This document shows positions 57,003 through 64,000 of a DNA stretch of 64,000 nucleotides, piece after piece. Each line of letters opens with the position of its first letter. Positions within the stretch are counted from its first letter, which is position 1. This DNA is from Mobula hypostoma (taxonomy: Eukaryota), in the NCBI RefSeq assembly GCF_963921235.1, contig NC_086097.1, positions 202,990,001-203,054,000 on the forward strand. Reading direction: 5' to 3'. A program made the translations under genes and the position numbers. The notes beneath the pieces are model-generated. The model was not told where the DNA came from. It did no database searches and was given only the letters and a program-made list of their open reading frames with translations.

Positions 57003-57105
57003 AACAACAGTCCTGACGAGGGGTCTCGGCTTGAAACGTCGACTGTACCTCTTCCCAGAGATGCTGCCTGGCCTGCTGCGTTCACCAGCAACTTTGATGT
57101 GTGTT
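57003..57105 (+). mobile_element. 103-bp PLE end insertion with a core-intact hammerhead (57008-57045)
   Basis: TSD gaatgaaattcagtca at 56987-57002 and 57106-57121; cagtc CTGACGA ggggtctcggctt GAAA C GTC gactg. Confidence 0.9.
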
Positions 57106-58831
57106 GAATGAAATTCAGTCACTTGCGATGGGGGACATAGAATCAGGAATGTAGAGTCAGTAGGGATAGAACTGAGAAACTGTAAGGTCAAAAAGACCCT
57201 AATGTGAGTTATCTATAGGCCCCCCAAACAGTAGCCTGGATAGAGGGTGCAAGTTAAATCAAGAGTTAAAATTGGCATGTCACAAAGGTAATTCTACGGT
57301 TGTTATGGGAGATTTCAACATACAGGTAGACTGGGAAAATCAGGTTGGTACTGGACCCCAAGAAAGGGAGTTTGTGGAATGCCTCGGAGATGGATTCTTA
57401 GAGCAGCTTGTATTAGAGCCTACCAGGGAGAAGGCAGTTCTAGATTTAGTGGTGTGTAATGAACCAGATTTGATAAGGGAACTCGAGGTAAAGGAGGTAT
57501 TAGGAGGTAGTGACCATAATATGATAAGTTTTAATCTACAATTTGAGAGGGAGAAGGGAAAATCGGAAGTGTCAGTATTACAGTTGAACAATGGGGACTA
57601 TGGACCCATGAGGGAGGATCTGGCCAAAGTTGACTGGAAAGATACCCTAGCAGGGATGACAGTGGAACAACAATGGCAGGTATTTCTGGGAATAATACAG
57701 AAGGTGCAGGATCAGTTCATTCCTAAGAGGAAGAAGGATTCGAAGAGGAGTAAGGGGCGACCGTGGATAACAAGGGAAGTCAAGGACAGTATAAAAATAA
57801 AAGAGAGGAAGTATAACATAGCAAGGATGAGCGGGAAGCCAGAGGATTGGGAGACTTTTAAGGAGCAACAGATGATAACTAAAAAGGCAATATGGGGGGG
57901 GGGAGGGCGGGGGAAGATGGGGAAGGAAGGTAAGCTAGCCAAGAATATAAAGGAGGATAGTAAAAGCTTCTTTAGGTATGTGAAGAGGAAAAAATTAGTT
58001 AAGACCAAAGTTGGGCCCTTGAAGACAGAAACGGGTAAAATTATTATGGGGAACAAGGAAACGGCAGATGAGCTGAACAGGTACTTTGGATCTGTATTCA
58101 CTAGGGAAGACACAAACAGTCTCCCAGATGTGATAGTGGCCAGAGGACCTAGGGCAACGGAGGAACTGAAGGAAATTTGCATTAGGCAGAAAATGGTGTT
58201 GGGTAAACTGATGGGACTGAAGGCTGATAAATCCCCAGGGCCTGATGGTCTGCATCCAAGGGTACTTAAGGAGTTGGCTCTAGAAATTGTGGACGCATTG
58301 GTAATCATTTTCCAATGTTCTATAGATTCAGGATCAGTTCCTGCGGATCGCAGGGTAGCTAATGTTATCCCACTTTTTAAGAAAGGAGGGAGAGAGAAAA
58401 CAGGCAATTATAGACCAGTTAGTCTGACATCAGTGGTGGGGAAGATGCTGGAGTCAATTATAAAAGATGAAATAGAGGCATATTTGGATAGCAGCAGCAG
58501 GATAGGTCCGAGTCAGCATGGATTTATGAAGGGGAAATCATGCTTGACTAATCTTCTGGAATTTTTTAAGGATGTAACTATGAAAATGGACATGGGAAAA
58601 CCAGTGGATGTAGTGTGCCTGGACTTGAAGAAAGCCTTTGATAAGGTCCCACATAGGAGGTTAGTGGGCAAAATTAGAGCACATGGTATTGGGGGTAGGG
58701 TACTGACAGGGATAGAAAATTGGTTGGGAGACAGGATACAAATAGTAGGGATTAACGGGTCCTTTTCAGAATGGCAGGCAGTGACTAGCGGGGTACCGCA
58801 AGGCTTGGTGCTGGGACCGCAGCTATTTACA

Positions 58832-61743
58832 AAGAATTGAAAATACACGTGGACTAAGATGTTATCTCCTGTGCTATCACCATTGGGATCATTAGTTGAT
58901 CTGCCACCTTTCTTCAGGAGTTTCGGCTCGCTTATGATCAAGACTCCTTTGAGGTGGTGGGCCAGCAGTGCTAAGCACCACCTCCCACTGGTGAGCTTAA
59001 GAACTTGGCATCTGCCTCTATCAGAGTTGTTGGCCACTTCCATCCAACGGATAGTCTGTTCTTCAGGTGTCTATGCAACTACTGAAGGGTTTGCAGAAGA
59101 TGTATACACTGTCTGATTATCCGCCCCTCTGGACGTACCTGGTCCACACCCATGCTGATCCTTTCTCTGCTGCCTCAGCTACAGCCCTGCTGGTTGACTT
59201 GATCTCTCTTCTAGTGAAGCCAAGGTTACACAGCCACTTCTGGAAAGTGAACGCAATAGAGCCACGGCAGCCTACTTCGAATGGATAGCATGAGACCCTC
59301 CACCCTCTGTCTCTGCATTCTGATCTTAATTCTGCATATTTGGTTAACTTGCGCTCATGGGCTTCATCGATGTTGTCTTCCCAGGGGACTGTGTGTTCAC
59401 CAATAACTACTTCTCTACTGGTGTCAGACCATATGATTATATCCGGACGCAATGTGGTGAAAGCTATTTGCTCCGGGAAACTGCCTTTCCCGTCCAGGTC
59501 AGCCTTGACACACCAATCATTGGCTGAAGAAAGTATACTTGATCGTGAGCCTGCACTGTACACCCTTGACTTGGAGCCTCCTTTCGCAAATGATATGCGA
59601 TGTTCTGTGCAGCATGGGGCATGAGATAAGTTGTGCTGCAGTACTCTCTGCTCAACCGCTTCTGTCACAACTTTGAGAACGTTGTTATGCCTCCAAATGT
59701 ACATGCCACTGGTCAACCAGCTTTCCTCTCCTAAGAATAAGGCTCCTTGACTTCTTGGTCTTGAACTTCATTCTTCCCCAATCCATTGGCTCCTCAAGTT
59801 TAGATAGTACATTTTCCACTGCCTCCGTGCTGGGACCCAAAAGGGTAAGATCATCCATGAACGCTCATATCGGTGGTAACTCCTCTCCGCCATCAAGTGC
59901 GACACCTGGTCCCACTGATTCTGCAGCCCTTACAATGATCTCCATGGCTAACACAAAAAGGATGGGTGAAATCGCACATCCCATTGGGATTCCAACATCC
60001 AAGCTCTGCCACCTAGTTGTAAACTGCTGAGTGGAAAACCTCATCCGGAAATCGTTGTTGTACTGCATAACAAAGTTCCTCACCTTAGCAGGAATCCATA
60101 GGAATTCCATCGCAAACTCAATCAGGACATGGGGAACAGAACCATACGTGTTTGCAAGATCAAACCAAACTACAGCCAGATTTCTTCTCAACTTTTTTGA
60201 CTCCTGGATGGTATGCCATATCATACTAGTATGTTCAAGGCATCCCGGGAAGCCTGGCATTCCTGCCTTCTGCACAGATGTATTTACCAATCTATTCTCA
60301 ATCACAAATGAAGATATTCTTTCTGCCAGAATGCCAAACATAATCTTCCCCTCTACATTCAGGAGTGAAATTGGTCGGAACTGATTCAATGCAGAAGAAT
60401 TCTCTTCCTTCGGGATGTATACTCCTTCAGCCTCACTCCATGACAAAGGAACAACACCTTGTCTCCACACCACCTTTAACAATCTCCACAAGTATTTCCT
60501 CAGCTCTTCACACTTCTTGAACACCTTATACGGCACTCCATTAGGTCCTGGCACTGAGCCTGACCTTGCCTTTCTGATGAACCGTTCGACCTCTGCCAAT
60601 TTGGGTTCTGACAGATTGAATTTCACTCCTGGCTTGGTAGGCTTCACGAGCCCCGAAGTGTTAAGCAAAGGAGCCTCCTGCTGTTCATTAGAGTAAGTGC
60701 TTGCTAGGTGATCCTCAAATTCTTGTTGAGAGATGTTAAGCTGCCAGCTCTTACTTTGTTTGAACAGTTTCTTTGTGAACTCGTGCAAGTTCTCAAAGAA
60801 CGACTATCTTGCCTTCTCTCTCTTCTTTCTCTTTTTACGTTGTGACTCTGCATGACGGAGTGATGCTAACTTCATTCGAAAATGCTCTCGGAGATCAGCA
60901 AGCGCTGGCTTGTCACCCTCACTTGCTACCTTCCACCTCTGTCTCAACGATCTAAGCTCTCTCCTCAACCTACCAATCTCCTTCTGGCGCCTGCTTGGTT
61001 GCTGTGTAGGCTTTGTTTTCTTCAACTCAACCAAACCAAACCTGCACTTTCCAACATCGTAAATCATATCGCCCATCACCTCCAACTTTCTCTTTGATGT
61101 TCCCGAGAGTGATCTCCAACATCATACTGATATCCTCATCAAATACACGCCAAGCCTTCTCATCTGCCATTGCTGGCCAGTTGACCTTCCTCTTCTTCTC
61201 TACCTCCTCACCGCCACCATTATGCGATGGATCTACCTGGGTACTGTGGTCTGAAACCTGACCTGGGTTATCTCTCGTCTGACCTGGAGTATGATGACTC
61301 TCTCCAGAGCCAAACGCTGTGGCTTGTGAATCAGTGGCTGAAAAGACATCATCTGTGCTTGGTGAAGTAATCTCATCTTCATCCACTGGGATGGAACAGC
61401 ACTTCAACTTTGCTTGGTGGACTCCTGAACCTTTAATGCTGGAAAATGCTCTCCCACACCAACACATTGGACACTCAGAGCCTCTTATCCTAGCTCTTGG
61501 TCGTAGTCGTTTCCTGTAATTAACTGTATCCATCTGATTGGGTCCATCATTCTCCCTGCCTCTCGGTGGACCCCGAGGGTATGTTATTCCGTGTAAACTA
61601 GAAGCTTCAAGAGGTGGGTGCTCTTCTGAGCTGGTGCCCGGACTGCCAATCCTGACACCCCTGGTGCCAGTCTTTCCTGGCTGTCCGTTGTCTCTCCACG
61701 CTGTCACTGGACTATTCCCGGTTGCCAACCAGACTATTCCTGA
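58832..61743 (-). mobile_element. HERO-like (R2 group) non-LTR retrotransposon with restriction-like endonuclease, internally deleted and frameshifted
   Basis: N-terminal CWCGR...HQAKLKC finger; RT (FRPISLLNVEGK, WFDLANTYGSVPH, GIPMGCAISPILF, AFMDD); RLE (WRHN, RPDIIIW, TVPWE, KLTKY, PFEVGCRG). Confidence 0.85.
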
Positions 61744-62266
61744 TTACATTAATGATTTAGGTGAAGGAATTAAAAGTAACATTAGCAAATTTGCAGATGA
61801 CACAAAGCTGGGTGGCAGTGTGAAATGTGAGGAGGATGTTATAAGAATACAGGGTGACTTGGACAGGTTGGGTGAGTGGGCAGATGCAGTTTAATGTGGA
61901 TAAATATGAGGTTATCCACTTCTGTGGCAAGAACAGGAAGGCAGATTACTATCTAAATGGTGTCAAGTTAGGAAAAGGGGAAGTGCAACGAGATCTGGGT
62001 GTCCTTGTTCATCAGTCACTGAAAATAAGCATACAGGTACAGCAGGCAGTGAAGAAAGCTAATGGCATGTTGGCCTTCATAACAAGGGCAGTTGAGTACA
62101 GGAGCAAAGGGGTCTTTCTGCAGTTGTACAAGGCCCTGGTAAGACCCCACCTGGAGTATTGTGTGCAGTTTTGGTCTCCAAATTTGAGGAAGGACTTTCT
62201 TGCTATGGAGGGAGTGCAGCGTAGGTTCACTGGGTTAATTTCAGGGATGGCGGGAATGTTATGTTG

Positions 62267-63658
62267 TCCCCTTGTTCAAAAAAGGTAGTAGGGATAGTCT
62301 GGGTAATTATAGACCAGTGAGCCTTACCTCTGTGGTGGGAAAGCTGTTAGAAAAGATTCTTAGAGATAGGATCTATGGGCATTTATAGAGAATCATGGTC
62401 TGATCAGGGCTTTGTGAAGGGTAGGTCGTGTCTGACAAGCCTAATAGAGTTCTTTGAGGAGGTGAACAGGCATATAGATGAGGGTAGTGCAGTGGATGTG
62501 ATCTATATGGATTTTAGTAAGGCATTTGACAAGGTTCCACACGGTAGGCTTATTCAGAAAGTCAGAAGGCATGGGATCCAGGGAAGTTTGGCCAGGTGGA
62601 TTCAGAATTGGCTTGCCTGCAGAAGGTCATGGTGGAGGGAGTACATTCAGATTGGAGGGTTGTGACTAGTGGTGTCCCACAAGGATCTGTTCTGGGACCT
62701 CTACTTTTCGTGATTTTTATTAACGACCTGGATGTGGGGGTAGAAGGGTGGGTTGGTAGGTTTGCGGACAACACAATGGTTGGTGGTGTTGTAGATAGTG
62801 CAGAGGATTGTCGAAGATTGCAGAGAGACATTGATAGGATGCAGAAGTGGGCTGAGAAGTGGCAGATGGAGTTCAACCCGGAGAAGTGTGAGGTGGTACA
62901 CTTTGGAAGGACAAGTTCCAAGGCAGAGTACAAAGTAAATGGCAGGATACTTGGTGGTGTGGAGGAGCAGAGGGATCTGGGGGTACATGTCCACAGATCC
63001 CTGAAAGTTGCCTCACAGGTAGATAGGGTCGTTAAGAAAGCTTATGGGGTGTTAAGCTTTCATAAGTCGAGGGATTGAGTTTAAGAGTCGCGATGTAATG
63101 ATACAGCTCTATAAAACTCTGGTTATGCCACACTTGAAGTACTGTGTCCGGTCTGGTCGCCTCACTATAGGAAGGATGTGGAAGCATTGGAAAGGGTACA
63201 GAGGAGATTTACCAGGATGCTGCCTGGTTTAGAGAGTATGCGTTATGATCAGAGATTAAAGGAGCTAGGGCTTTACTCTTTGGAGAGAAGGAGGATGAGA
63301 GGAGACATGATAAAGGTGTACAAGATAATAAGAGGAATAGATAGAGTGGATAGCCAGCGCCTCTTCCCCAGGGCACCACTGCTCAATACAAGAGGACATT
63401 GCTTTACGGTAAGGGGTAGAAAGTTCAAGGGGGATATTAGGGTAAGGTTTTTTACTCAAAGAGTGGTTCGTGCGTGAAATGCACTGCCTGAGTCAGTGGT
63501 GGAGGCAGATACACTAGTGAAATTTAAGAGACTACTAGACAGGTATATAGAGGAATTTAAGGTGGGGGGTTATATCGGAGGCAGGGTTTCAGGGTCGGCA
63601 CAACATTGTGGGCCGAAGGGCCTGTACTGTGCTGTACTATTCTATGTTCTGTATTCTA
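62267..63658 (+). mobile_element. Second CR1 (RT half) nested in the long CR1
   Basis: [26 protein letters not shown]; own tctatg tail; tatgttg at 62260-62266 and 63659-63665. Confidence 0.88.
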
Positions 63659-64000
63659 TATGTTGAAAGATTGGAGCGACTGGGCTTGTATACACTGGAA
63701 TTTAGAAGGATGAGAGGGGATCTGATTGAAACATATAAGATTATTAAGGGATTGGACACACTAGAGGCAGGAAACATGTTCCCGATGTTGGGGGAGTCCA
63801 GAACCAGAGGCCACAGTTTAAGAATAAGGGGTAGACCATTTAGAACGGAGTTGAGGAAAAACTTTTTCACACAGAGGGTTGTGGATCTGTGGAATGCTCT
63901 GCCTCAGAAGGCAGTGGAGGCCAATTCTCTTGATTCTTTCAAGAAAGAGTTAGATAGAGCTCTTAAAGATAGTGGAGTCAAGGGATATGGGGAGAAGGCA

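Larger units (their letters stand above)
56110..64000 (+). mobile_element. Long CR1 LINE (ORF1 SGNH esterase, ORF2 APE-RT) interrupted by PLE, HERO-like and CR1 insertions; runs off the window
   Basis: ORF1 VVVHVGTND and DGLHLN; ORF2 57272-58831 to GVPQGLVLGPQLFT, resuming at about 61744 (YINDL...KFADDTKL) and at 63659. Confidence 0.92.

Noticed and set aside
61600..61743. HDV-like ribozyme at the HERO 5' end
   Set aside because: Some hairpins and a ggaatagtc repeat are present, but I could not build the nested double pseudoknot.

Overview
Vertebrate genomic DNA, most likely a cartilaginous fish (inferred from the repeat complement). The window lies wholly inside PRKDC (DNA-PKcs) on the minus strand. 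I traced 17 consecutive phase-compatible coding exons (about 2.64 kb, about 880 aa) from the FAT domain through FRB into the kinase N-lobe; one intron is GC-AG. The introns are filled with nested retroelements: CR1, Rex1/Babar, Penelope-like (PLE), a Gmr1-like Gypsy LTR element, a HERO-like restriction-like-endonuclease LINE, Tx1/L1 and RTE remnants, and SINEs. Four signals stand out. (1) About a dozen minimal hammerhead ribozyme motifs are carried by PLE ends, many in short TSD-flanked palindromic insertions. (2) The 3' UTR of the HERO-like LINE contains a hammerhead-like motif with its core boxes in a non-standard order. (3) Part of that same HERO 3' UTR is embedded in both LTRs of the unrelated Gypsy element. 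(4) An unexplained three-copy intronic motif of about 130-160 bp lies around one exon. All analysis is by eye; family names and ribozyme activity need database and experimental confirmation.
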